Source of the DNA: Chrysomallon squamiferum | Taxonomy: Eukaryota > Animalia > Mollusca | Assembly: GCA_012295275.1 (NCBI GenBank) | Contig: CM022671.1 | Coordinates: forward strand, 7,068,001 to 7,132,000 | DNA length: 64,000 nucleotides | Direction: 5' to 3' | In this document: positions 1-12,564 of the stretch, piece by piece | How positions within the stretch are numbered: position 1 is the stretch's first letter | Layout of the letters: the number at the start of each line of letters is the position of its first letter | Program-made: the position numbers and the translations under genes | Notes under the pieces: generated by a model | What the model saw: the letters and a program-made list of their open reading frames with translations, nothing else | Told to the model about the DNA's origin: nothing | Databases searched by the model: none

Positions 1-65
1 GACAGAAGACGGTCATGTTTTATTACGATTACTAAATTACGTAACGATTGTAATATTTCATCATA

Positions 66-98
<33 letters not shown>

Positions 99-791
99 AT
101 GAGCCTTTTGCCTAAATCACGGAACCGGAAAGTAAAAATTGATACTGAACATTGTAGATTAATTTCCAATGTAATTTTGATCATGTTAATAATAATTTAA
201 AAAAGAAAGAAAATGACGATTAAAAAATATTTAAATGAAGGTGTAAATGATTAGTTTTACTTTTATTTTAATTTCTTCACATCGTGAATGATGAAACAAA
301 AATATGTTAATAAAGCATAATTTCATTTAAACCTGTTAAGTTTCCCACCAAGACATGATATTGATAGTCTGCCATTAATGTTGCTTTTAAACATACTTCA
401 TTTCAATTTCTGCATATAACAAATTGGTGTTCCATAATGAAAAATGTGATCTACAGTAGATTTGTGTAAAGTCCATTTTTAGGTGCTGCCAAAATAATGG
501 TTGAGGAGCTATAATTGCCATATGTTTATAAATGATTATAACTTCACTGTATAATTTATTGTCACTGTATTTCTATGATTAGCATCAAATTTAACTTACA
601 AGATGCCAGCCATCAAAATTATTTGAAAAAAAGGCACTAAACAACATGTATTTACATGTCTATACACACACACACACACACACATATTTTATGATGTATA
701 AGTGAAGAGAACATGGAAACCATGAAAGTCATGAGGATTATGATTTATTGATTTATTTATTTAATGTTTCAGAATTAATTATATCCTTGCC

Positions 792-3700
792 ATGGCTGGT
801 TTACGTAATCCTGCTTCTGCTTGTACTCGTCTGTTCATCTGTCAGGCTGAGAGTGGAACAGTGAACAGACTGAGAGCTGTGTCACCAATCATCTGGCAAC
901 AAGAACTCTGTGGCTGTGGATACCGTGAAGCAGGTACAGTCCACCAAGTTTACCAAACCCACACCAATTCCAAATCGCCACCTCAGCCAGACAAGAAAGA
1001 GAAAGAGAAAAAATTGTCCTATTTTGAAACTGTAAAAGAGCAGGTGAAAAATGTTGAAAAAATGAAGGATGGCATCGTCAGTTCCCTCTCAAATTCTGCC
1101 ATATCAACAGCAGTTATGCCAGGCAGGTTTTTGGAAAGCGTTCAGAAAAATCTATCTTTCATTAACCGTGTGCGAAACAAAATGATGTCAGATATAAATT
1201 CAGTGTCGGAAACCATAAACTACCAGGTGGCAGAGTTTAAAAAGTTTGAAAGAAAATTAAAAGGTAAAAATACTTCTAAAAATGACACCAGTCCAGCTGG
1301 GAGCAAGGACAATCACTCGTTTCAAGATTTCATGAAGGATGCAAATCAGAGCATTGCATCCTTTTATGACACCTCCATTGCTGTGGAAAAGATTCAGCCC
1401 AAACAGCCTGAAGCAGACGCAGCCAAAGAAGAAGAAGATGACCAAACAACAAAACCTGCAGTTAGTAAAGAGTTGAAGAGTGAGGTTGAAAGAAAGAAAT
1501 CTATTGCCCAAAAAGACTTTGTTTCAAAAGGAGCCATAGAGACACGAACAAGAGCTCTGGTTCATGCAATTAAACTGGCGTCATCAACTGCATCCAAATA
1601 CACACGCACTGAAGAACTTTGTAACCATCTATTGCAGTATCCAGATAGTAGAAATGCAGCTTTAAAGGTACGTTTGATATTTTAATTTGAATTTCATGTT
1701 TTGTTAGGAAGGTGTTAATTGTTTGAAGGTTTTTTTTGTTCCTTTATTTATTTATTTATTTATTTATGTTAATCTATATTATTTTTTTTTATTTTTTTTT
1801 ATTCTGTTAATTATTTATTTATTTATTTAAAATGACAAGTTTTTAATGCCACTGATATTCGCAGATCTTTAGATTTGTTTTAATCAATGTATTCCAGTTT
1901 ACTTGTAACAATTTGTCAGTTATGACTGTGAACTGTACTTTGTTACATCTGTTAGACTGATGTGGCTTTTAATTTTTGCTTCTTTTTTTCTTTCATTTGT
2001 TATTGTTGTTCTTTTTGTAGGAAAAGGTTTTACATAATCTTCTAAGATTTGTAAAATCTTCAGACAAATCCCTTTCGGCTATAGCAAGGGAAGCATTGGC
2101 TCTTGTTGGTTATGTTGGTCCGGTGAGAGGTCAGGGAATCAAACTACTGTCAATTGATGGAGGTGGAACAAAGTACGATTAACTTGGTCATTTCTTCAGA
2201 ATCATTTTCAGCATAAATGAAAAATAAAAATAAATTAATGAAATGAAATAAATAAATTAATTAAAATGAAATAAAATAAAATAAAATAAAATAAAATAAA
2301 ATAAAATAAAATATTATTTTACAACTATTAGGTCAGTATAATATCTCTAATATGTTTTGAGTGGGTAAAACAATTTTAGAATTAAAAAAAGTGTTGTATT
2401 TGATAAAACAGTATAAAATTTTATTGACTGAGAATGTTGAAAGATTTCATATTAACACACTATTTTCAACACTAAATTTTTAAAATACTGAACTACATTA
2501 GTCATTAAATTCTTTTAGCAATTATTACAACTTTTATTTTATTTTTTTTACTTATTTATTTATTTGTTTGTTTGTTTATTATTTTTAATTTGTTTTTAAT
2601 TACTTATTTTATTACAGAGGTCTGGTAGTTATTGAGTGTTTGAAGAAGCTGGAACAACTGTGTGGACAGAGTATTAATGAGATGTTTGACTATGTTTGTG
2701 GGGTGAGCACTGGGGCCTTGATTGCTGCTCTCATTTTCTTGTACCGAGTCCCACTGGATGAATGTGAACAACTGTATAAAGAATTCAGTCGACAGATGTT
2801 CACAAGAAACAAGATACTTGGAACCAGCAAACTGGTTTGGAATCATGCATTTTATGATGAATTAGTCTGGGAAAAGATTCTGAAGTTAGTATATACTTAA
2901 TTTTTATATTCTGTATCTTTGTTGGTATTGTTTATTTTGTGGGATTTGTGGGTTTTTTCTTACAGTTATTTAAAGAGTAATTGTGTGTGTTTCGAGGTAT
3001 TTGTTATTAAATTGTATTTAATACTTTTGTTTAGTCAGGGTTTTTTAAAATTGTTTAAGAAACTGAAGAAACAAAAATATTAACATTTTTAGAATTAACA
3101 GACAGTAATAAATCATTATTAAACAATTTCTTTCATTTTATAAATATTTTATGATCGTCAAGGTGACAGATATTGATGCTTATAAACAATATCTAAGTAT
3201 TTGTATATCTGTAATAATGTAAAATAAATTGCATATTTAATTTGATAATTTGTTTATTTTATTTTGTTGCAGAAATGAAATTGGTGATAAAAAGATGATT
3301 GAATTCTCCAAAACTGCAGGATCACCTAAGGTAATTATTTCTTAATTTTAACAAGATTTGGTTGTTCCTTTTTCTTCTTTACAGTGATGATGTTTTAGGT
3401 TTTTATGGGAGAATTGAAATAATACATGGATACTTTTAAATGTTATTTGTTTTGTTACAGAGATGAAATTTAGTATAAAAAGATGACTGAATTCTGCAGA
3501 ACTATTATAGTGTTAGTGTTTGTGTTAGTGTTAGTGTTAGTTCATTTCATTTTAATGGGAAAATGGACTTCATGATTACCTTTTAACTCTTACAGATGTC
3601 AGCCCTTTCTTGCCTTATGAATACTCCAAGGATGAGAATGTTCTTTTTTCGCAATTACAACCTGCCACCTGGTGTCAATTCAGAGTACCTCGGCAGCTGC

Positions 3701-4619
3701 AACAATGCCATGTGGGAGGTGATCAGAGCATCTACAGCAGCACCTTTCTATTTCGAATCTTTTGTCCTTGGTGATCTTGTCCATCAGGTAATCCTTTTAA
3801 CTTTTATTGTTGTTTGTTGTTTTGGTTTCTTTGGATTCTTTTTTATATATAGTTTTTTTTGTGTTTTCCCTGTGAGAGGGAATTGTTTATTGTTTTTATT
3901 TTTAATTTATTTGTTTTTTAAGCCTGGAAAATTTCATCTTATTTGACTTTAAAAAAAAAAAAAAAAAAAAAATTATAGTTTAAATGAAGACATATTTATT
4001 CTAATGTATCCACACAGATTTATGTTTTAGTTTATTGATTATAATCTTTATGAATTCCAATTTTTGATGTGTAATATTACAGCTTTGTCAGTATATTTAT
4101 ATATAAATTTTATTATATTTTAACAAAAAGCAACAGAATTGCATGGGTGTCATTTTTGTTGTGTTGTTATTTATTTATTTTGTTTTGTTTCCCTCTTTGT
4201 CTGTAGGATGGAGGCTTACTGGCCAATAATGGAACTGCTTCTAGCCATACACGAGAGCAAGCTGCTTTGGCCAGATGTCCCCTTTCAGTGTGTTATCTCC
4301 CTTGGCACAGGGCAGCATCTACCATCCCTAGAATATTCCTCAACCAAACTTGCACTGAAAGATAAAGTTATGAAAATTGTAGACAGTGCCACGGATACTG
4401 AAGGTAGGTTATGTTTGTAAAAGTATTTGTGTAAAATAATGTTTTTAAATAGCCACGATATTATTAACAGCATGCTTGTAACAATCAGTAGAGTGGTATA
4501 TTTATAAATATCAAATTAATGTATTTTTTAATTTATGATTTTTTACTCTGTGTTTAAAAAATGTTTTACTGTTGCTGTTACTATTTTATTTTATTTTTAT
4601 AATATTTTATAATTATTTT

Positions 4620-4651
<32 letters not shown>

Positions 4652-5048
4652 CGTCAGGGGGGTTTTGGGGATTTTGTAGGGAAGGTATTGTTAGTAATAT
4701 AATGTACATTTTTACATTATTTATTTTGAATATAACACATATTTTATAATTATTATTATCTAGACAAGGCACTTTTTAATTTTTTTTCTATATTCAGCTG
4801 TTCACATGACACTCCGAGACCTTCTTCCACATTCAACATACTTCCGCTTCAACCCGTACCTGTGTGAAGATATTCTGCTGGATGAGATTCGCGAGGAGAA
4901 ACTTGTTCAGATGCAGCAGGACACACGCCTCTATCTGCGTAAAAACGAGATCAAGGTGAACAAAGCAGTGAACCAGCTGATGAGGAAACGACGGTTTGAT
5001 CAGAAAGTCGGAGACTACATCAAATCTTTCAAAGACACGTATTTGTGA
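792..5048 (+). CDS. PNPLA8: Calcium-independent phospholipase A2-gamma (patatin-like phospholipase PNPLA8), ~663 aa, 7 coding exons
   Basis: GT-AG exons 792-1667, 2021-2172, 2618-2884, 3273-3330, 3596-3787, 4207-4403, 4798-5048. Spliced product has the patatin motifs LSIDGGGTKG (glycine loop), GVSTG (catalytic Ser), RASTAAPFYF, DGGLLANN (catalytic Asp), SLGTG and YFRFNP, after a long N-terminal region with ALALVGYV typical of iPLA2-gamma. One extra T near 4240 shifts the frame in exon 6. Confidence 0.93.
3461..3505 (+). pseudogene. Degenerate duplicate of PNPLA8 exon 4 (pseudoexon) with in-frame TAG
   Basis: tttgttacag|AGATGAAATTTAGTATAAAAAGATGACTGAATTCTGCAGAACT aligns without gaps to ttgttgcag|AAATGAAATTGGTGATAAAAAGATGATTGAATTCTCCAAAACT (3273-). 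TAG at 3471-3473. Confidence 0.75.
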
Positions 5049-5734
5049 GAAACACTGCTTTAGGATTAGTTTTTTTTCTTGTAGTCTTCAAGTCTTATCC
5101 TTAAAAATGTATTTTTGGTGGTCGCATAAATTGCCTGAATGCATTTTGTGTACTTCGAAGTTGTTTTATTGGTTCATGGTGAGCAACCTTTAATAGAAAT
5201 AAAGTTTTAACACTGTAGTGGAGATCAAGACTTTGACAGATTTGCCCAGTTTGTATTTGTTTGTATGTGTATCCCGTCTGTGTGCAGTGCATGATATGGG
5301 CTACAGTGTATAAATTGACTTAACAAATAAAACAACAAATTGGAAGTATACAAAATGGATTTATCATATTTGTTCAGAACACCAGAGGTACACTTTTCAT
5401 AATCGCACAAAACTTGCAAAATAATATTTATATACATATTCAGACACATAAACAAGATATGTATATGCACAAATTTTATTTGTACGTAAGTTGTAGTTGC
5501 TTTGCTCAATAACCATATCCATAAAATTTCTTTTTAATGCTATCTTCCACTTTTAGAAATTCTTTTATTGTACATCATATTGTATCCTGAAAGATGAGTA
5601 AGATGTTGAACCAGTGAAAACCGGTGAATGTCACTAAAATAGATTATTCTTGGATGTATCTTACTGTAGCCAGTATATACAATTCTACTTTGTGGCTGAA
5701 CTTGACTGTTGAAATGCAGCTAAAATTTAATTAA

Positions 5735-5850
5735 GGGTCAGCAATCAAAATTTTAAAAATTAAAGAAAAATGTATATGATATGAATATATATATATATTC
5801 ATCTCATATACATTTTTATTTATTATTTATTTTTAGTTTATTGCTGACCC
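5735..5850. mobile_element. Palindromic MITE-like element, TTAA-flanked (Kolobok/T2-like), downstream of the PNPLA8 stop
   Basis: TTAA|GGGTCAGCAAT...ATTGCTGACCC|TTAA, with near-perfect inner arms AAAAATGTATATGATATGAATATATA / TATATATTCATCTCATATACATTTTT. Confidence 0.6.
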
Positions 5851-7239
5851 TTAATTAAATAAATGTATATATGATAAATACAATTAACTTTTGTTGATTA
5901 TGCAACTGTAATTATACCTTCATAAGTGTATAAAATATTTAATTCCTATTATCACGAACTATGGTCAAGGTTTTTGTGGATTATTATCAATGTAGTATTT
6001 TACAGAATAAATACATTTAAGAGTGAATGACAGTTTAAATTGACATCTCTGACTACTATGTCAAAATTACATCCTGTGATAAATATCTGTTTGGGGTTTT
6101 TTAACAGAATTGGCATAATTACAGTACATTGATTGTGATAAGTGTAAAGTAGTCAGTGTTGGATAAAAGAGAAAATTAGAAAATTTAATTTGTAATGTGT
6201 GTGATTTGACTTGCTTGTTGAAACAGTTGTGTTGTGTATAAATTAACCAATATTGTGTATACCCCTTACATACAAAAACCTTGTTTCTTCGGATTATTTT
6301 TATTTTACCAACAAAATTTAGCAAGAATTTTTATTCTTTCAGTGGTTATTTCCTTTCCTTTTCACATGCTTTTTCTCCTTTTTCTTTTTCTGTAAATTTT
6401 TAAACCATTATTTATTTTTAGTGACATAAGCACAAAGATTTTAAAATGTATGCATTTTGAATATGGTCACAATTAGATGCAGTTTAGTGTCAGTTTATTA
6501 TACATTATATAAATTACTTTACTTTTTAGGACTCTTAATTATTTTTGTCCTGGAATTGGATTTGATTTGGGGTTTTTTATTCTGAAGTTTTTCAGTTCTT
6601 ATGATCTTGTGAAAATTTTTTTATTTAATAAGAATCTCTGTTACATGGTTTAGAAATTAATCTTTTAACTTTAGATATTTGCCAAGGAGACTACTTTGCT
6701 CCATTGTTATTGTGTATATTTGCAAGACTGTCATTAATGTTAGTAACAACAGCTTGTTTTACAGATATTTGATTATATACAAAGTATGTAGATTAGTAAT
6801 ATGTGTAATAAACATTTATCTGCTGCTGTAAAATATATTTGAAAATGCATGTTATTATAATACTTCTTTTTTTTTAATGTACCTGATATAAAATGCTCAG
6901 TGATTTGTTTAAATTCATCTTGTAATTATTTGATTTATGAAATTGGTGCTTTTTAATTACCTCTGTACATTTGTATTAGCAGTCAACTGCAGCTTTGTTT
7001 GTTTTATTTTTGTGTGTGTGTTTATTTCATTAGAATATTTCACTTCATTAAATAATTGCAGTATTGAATTTACAGAATCAAGTTTGTTTCTCATTCAGAA
7101 GTAAGTAATGTGCAACAACAAAAAAGTTATAAATTAGTTGTTTTTTTATATGTGCATTCGGTGAAGTTTTTAATTTGTCAGAATATTAGAAATGTAATGT
7201 ATTGCTTAAAATATTATTGGGACTATTTCTAAGATAGTG

Positions 7240-7299
<60 letters not shown>

Positions 7300-7666
7300 G
7301 AGAAAAAGCAGTTGTTTGCTTAAAATATTAAGTATTAAAACAATCTCTTAAATTATGTTTCCATGATTTTTATTTTATTTTTATTTTTATTTCAAATGTT
7401 ATTTGACTTACGGTTACTGTTCTAGCCAGTACTATAAAAAAAATTTATTACTTTTAGTTTATAGAGTTTAAAAAGACCAAGAATAAATGATTTTATATAC
7501 CTTTGAATGAGGTCATATGTAAGAGTGTTCATGCGTTTTATTTTACAGAGCACAAAATAAATAACGGTGATCAACAACCTGGTGTACTTTTTATTAAATA
7601 TATTACTGAGTTTTATTTTTACCTTTCCTTTTTAATCTATTCTGTTATCATTGTTTTCAATGCATA

Positions 7667-7958
7667 TTAAAGTGTATCTCTGGTACTGTCTTACTAATCA
7701 AGTCAGTATTTTATGTTCTTTCATGTTTTTATTGCAGCCATTCTTTGCTAACAATAAAGTTTGAGAAAATAACTGGCTCACAAAGTCTTGGATTTTTGCT
7801 CATTTGTATATGGCATCATCGGGGAAAATATGTTGAAATCATCTAAACATTATATCAAACTTATGTAATTCCATACTTTATTGTTAGCAAAGGTTGGTTT
7901 GAGAAAGCAGTAAAATGTATTTTGGCAGTTTGTGTGTAGCACCAAAGATACAGTTTAA
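7667..7958. mobile_element. Degenerate inverted-repeat element (MITE-like, TTAA ends)
   Basis: Perfect 18-bp inverted pair CTTTGCTAACAATAAAGT (7743-7760) / ACTTTATTGTTAGCAAAG (7875-7892). Outer imperfect arms TTAAAGTGTATCTCTGGTAC / GCACCAAAGATACAGTTTAA. Confidence 0.5.
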
Positions 7959-10235
7959 GGAATCTTATAATGTTGTTTAAATGGCAGTTACTACTCCCAT
8001 CTGCAAATTTTATTTCATTAAGCTTTGACCAAGTTTTTAAACAAGGTATTGAGATATGCAGTTAGTTTAGTTTGAATAACTTTGAGTTTTATGTGTGTGT
8101 GAAGCATGTATGTAACTAAAATATGAAGTTTGTAATAAAGGAGTTACATTTATTAATTCGTTTTTGGTTTACTTTAATTTTATTTTGAACTTTGACGGTT
8201 ATTTGCTTTCTGTGGATGAATCAAGGATGGATGTCATTTTTAAAATGACTGCCCAAATCACACTGTTTAATTTTTTAAACTATTTTTAGATGAGAGATGC
8301 AACCTTTCTTGCATTTTATACAAACGTATATGCACATATGCACACTCCCATGCACAGCATTCATCACCATTACATTTGGTAATAATTACAAGGGATGAAG
8401 AACACAATATTCTGTGTTGCACATCAGTTACACTTGGTTCACAACCCTTTCTGCAGTCGATGGTCAATGCAAGTCAGTCTGGTTTCTATTTTTATCCTCA
8501 TGGGAAAACTAAGATGCATATTATGACTGCTAAGAGCAACAAATTTTCATTTCTAATTTCATACTTTGTTCCTGAAAGATGGTATGGAATGCTAACTTCT
8601 ACAGTAGTTCTCTGTAAAGACGTAAACCAACTGCACTATATTTTCTGTGTAAATCTGTCTAATTAATTTGTTATCTTTAAACAGTCCTGCATTTTACAGT
8701 TAAACCATTAAATCAAAGCCATTAATAATTGTATTACTATTTTATTTATCAGGGTGGTAGATGTAGATGTTGGGGTAAGGGTAATACTTAATGAAATGTT
8801 TAGTGATTTTGTTTGCATTGTCAGAGGTTATTAAGAGATGAGACTGGTTACGAAAATAGATGTTTTTCTTTATTTTTATTTCTATTCCATTTTTACTTTA
8901 TTTCTGCGTATTCCTAAATAAAACATTTCCTTCTAGACTGCTTCATACAAAAATCCATTACTGATAATAATACTCCATATCTATCATTTATACATCTGTA
9001 TTATCATTATTATCATTACTATAATATCAGTTATTATTATAAATTGTTGGTTATATTTTTGCACAGACAAAAATGAAAAGAGATTTCCAGTTTATTTCGT
9101 TATTTTTAAAAATAAAATTAATTGTAATAATAAATAACACCAGAAACAATAGCAACGGTCACATAAACTACAAGGATAAATAAAATAATTTCAAACAATG
9201 TGATACGAAATGTAATTCCTGTTTAATAAAATATTTAACTTTTGGCTGAATACTCTGACAGCCTACTAACTCGGCTCAGATGCAACAAAACCCAAAGGAA
9301 TACAACCTGGCTATTAAACTGGGAACAGAATAGATATTGTTTTTACCAATATACTAAACTCTTTCAGGACGTGTTAATTAAAACAATTGTTATCTTTTTT
9401 TAAGATGAGATGTCAGCTTAACATAAACACTAACGCCGCTCATTTCTTCATCTGTGTATCACAGCAGTGAACTGCGACTCTTTGTTCTATTCAAATGACT
9501 TGTTTAATTACTCGGCAGCCGCACAACTTGTGAAAACCTGCCAATTTGAACTCTTCGCTTGATGTTTCACACCGCTGCGCCAAAGGCGAGGGTAATCGCC
9601 GGACCGTTATGTAATGTAAAAGTTATCTTGTTACTAGTTATTCACATTTCCAGTGATCATGAAACAGTGTCTGTCCGGGATCTGAGCTGGATAAATAACG
9701 TAAAGATAAGGTTAGTTTGTACTAAATGAAGTTTTGTTTCATGTAATATCAACCTTTGATTATTTGTTAAGGAACGCTAGTATTTGTTGCGAACAAAAAT
9801 ACAGCACAAAGACTTAGGTTTTCCAATTCCTTTCATGATTTAAATTTAAATTTGTAACCATCTGTCTCTGATTATTACTAATATTAGTAGCCAAGTGTTC
9901 AAGCAAACTGAAACCGTGATTCAGACAACTTGAATTCAGCCATCTTAACTAGTAATATTATATTTATTTTAGTTCACATGTATCTGTTCAGGGCTTGCGT
10001 ATGAAACTGTCTATAAAATTATGTATATATATATTTCATTTAACCATGAAATGAGAAATTCTGAGATAAAGATACTTTTACAAATGGCATTTGAAATGCA
10101 AGCATAATTATAATTTGAATTAATGTGAACAGACCGTTTACATAAATATATTTATCTGAGAAATGTTTGATTCTTTTACAGAAACTAGTCGATTAATAAA
10201 TCAACAACTGAAAATAGAAGCAGAACTAAACCACA

Positions 10236-12007
10236 ATGGAGGATGATGATCAACTAATTCAGGTAACAATTATTATAATTAATTATTTTAAAGCTGACCA
10301 TTTCGGAATGGATACAAAAGGAATCCGTTTTATGAGTCTTTTTTGTCTTTTTGTCTCGAACTAATAGGCAATTATAGGCAGAATAACAAGCCATAAAATA
10401 GGTACAATTGTTACACTGGTATTCGTCATACAAAGCCGTATATAACATTGCTTATTAAATGAACGAAAGAAAGCCCAAAACAATTAAAAAAATAGTCTTG
10501 CGTATTAATGTTACAGACGCGAATTCATGCTTTTGAATTTGTATCGGCTTTAGCCATAAAAGTTTATGAGTAGTGAAAATCGACATGACAGTAACACCCC
10601 GATACAGTCAATTTAAGACAAAGAAATAATTCCGCATAGTCTCATATAATATCGGTTTACACTGAAAGTGATAAAAAGCATTTTCTCTCCACTACACTCT
10701 GTTTGTGTGTAAGGATGCAGATTAGAATGAAGCTGTAAGATGCCCTTTAATCCCGTTTTTTTATTCAGCTTCTGGCTGTATATATCTCCGGTTTTAAAAT
10801 TAACTCAGGGGTCGTTATCTTCACATCTTTTGTTCGCGAGAGAAACCCGGCGGGAAGTGACGTAATCAAGCTCCCATTACCTCACAGTTGTTTGTTTAAT
10901 AGCTGGATGCTCTAAGCCGATTTGCTAGTTTTCACGGAGCAGTGTTACGTCATGCGATCTTAGAACTGATATCGAGTTCCCACTGAGGGCTCCGAACTGG
11001 AGGTAGTAAATAGCTTTACAAAATGTTGGAGAGATACTTGAATCATTTGTGGATTACGAAGGTGCCACGCCTATCTTTATTGCCCACGGAAGTTTGTTTT
11101 TAATTCGAAAACGAACCGAAAAAAAAAAAATAAAACGAAACCAATAAAAAAAAAAAAAAAAAAAAAAATCATCTCAAAAACACAAAGAGTTGATTTTTAT
11201 TTTGAAAAATAAAATAATAAATGAAAATAACACATTCATTTTTCTGGAGAACATCAAATTTGATAAATCACCAAAGATAGTAAATATTAAAATGAGATAT
11301 CACTTACTGCATCATTATTATTATTATTGTTGTTGTTGTTGTTGTTGTTGTTGTTATTTCTCTTAAAAGAATAATTACTAATTAAATCTTAATCATAATT
11401 ATTAAATAATCACACATGAAACTTTGATAATGATTAACCAAATGTTTTATTTTATTTTCAGGAGTCGCTGACAAACACGACTAAAACACAACCGATGACG
11501 TATTTTCTATACCCAACACTGCATGCGTCAGAATTAAAAACATTTCTGGAAGAGAACAAAGCATCGGGTGCTTGTGTACAGAAGGCTTTGGAAGATGTTC
11601 ACGTAGTTAACCCAAACGCTTCTTGTCTGACAGCAGACACAACAGAAACATTATCTGAAGGAATTACAAACAGTTTACACAATCTGGCAGCTAGCGACAC
11701 CAGTGTTTCACATGTATCAGTAGACAGCACAAACATATCGCTAGACTGGTTCGAAGAGACGTTACAAGTTGTGCGCCCTTCGAAGAACTCTCTAGACGAT
11801 GCGGGTATAGAAGTAAACATTGGATGTTCCGATTGTGAATCGGTCCACGATTCCAAAGACTTTAAAAACAGATCAGTGAAACAGGGGAAAAAGAGAAATC
11901 GTTTTATTGAATTTCTGACAACACTTCTGAGACAGAAACGTAGACAGTTTATGCCAAGCTGTATGAGCAGCCATTCTAAACATAACGATAGTATAAAATA
12001 CAACTGA
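10236..12007 (+). CDS. Orphan spliced protein of unknown function (terminal exon 11462-12007; upstream exon uncertain)
   Basis: Strong acceptor ttttattttcag at 11461 followed by 181 open codons in a less AT-rich island. Phase-0 compatible upstream exons: 10182-10262 (ATG 10236, MEDDDQLIQ|gtaaca) or 11023-11091 (MLERYL...PTE|gtttgt). No recognisable domain. Confidence 0.45.
10849..10863 (+). promoter_or_regulatory. E2F/ETS-CRE-like composite motif in a CpG-richer island
   Basis: GGCGGGAAGTGACGT: E2F-like GGCGGGAA overlapping GGAAG and the CRE half-site TGACGT. Motif match only. Confidence 0.3.
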
Positions 12008-12264
12008 GATTCGTTTTTGACTGGATGTTGTACATTAAATTTCATAAAAAATTATTTCGTTTGTCTGATTTTTTTCTTTCTGAGTAATTTCAAATTAACA
12101 CCGAAACTAAATTTACTTTCATATATTATTTTAATGTTTTATTTACTTTATTCCGTCCGGCCGCGAGTTATGTAAGCAACAATTCACCGAAACTTAAATC
12201 AGGTATAGTTCTTGATTGAAATTACTGTTTGTGACGACCAAACAGTCGGCATTCACTTTAAATA

Positions 12265-12564
12265 TAGGTACCGGACCAATTATCAGGACTCCTTGGGGCC
12301 TGAGGCATTCCTGATTTCTGGATTTTCCGGTTTTCTGGTACCAAGGCATCTAAATACGTAAATAATTAGGCATAAATGTTTAAAACTAAAAACATAAAGA
12401 AAACTGACGATACACAACTGGCGACTCGATACGTAAACAACGTGGCGAGTGAATGAACGCCACGCGGCTTGAAAGAGCGGTTCTGGTCTGGTGAGGACAA
12501 CACCCCTAGAGCTATGAAAATAGCTTCGGGAAAAAACTTCGCCGGATAATTGGTCCGGTACCTG
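12265..12564. mobile_element. Tc1/mariner (pogo/Tigger-like) MITE, 300 bp
   Basis: TA|TAGGTACCGGACCAATTATCAGG...CCGGATAATTGGTCCGGTACCTG|TA: 23-bp TIRs with 2 mismatches and a TA target duplication; no transposase. Confidence 0.85.

Noticed and set aside
11599-12045. 148-aa minus-strand ORF
   Set aside because: Overlaps the plus-strand exon that has the splice acceptor; likely an antisense shadow.
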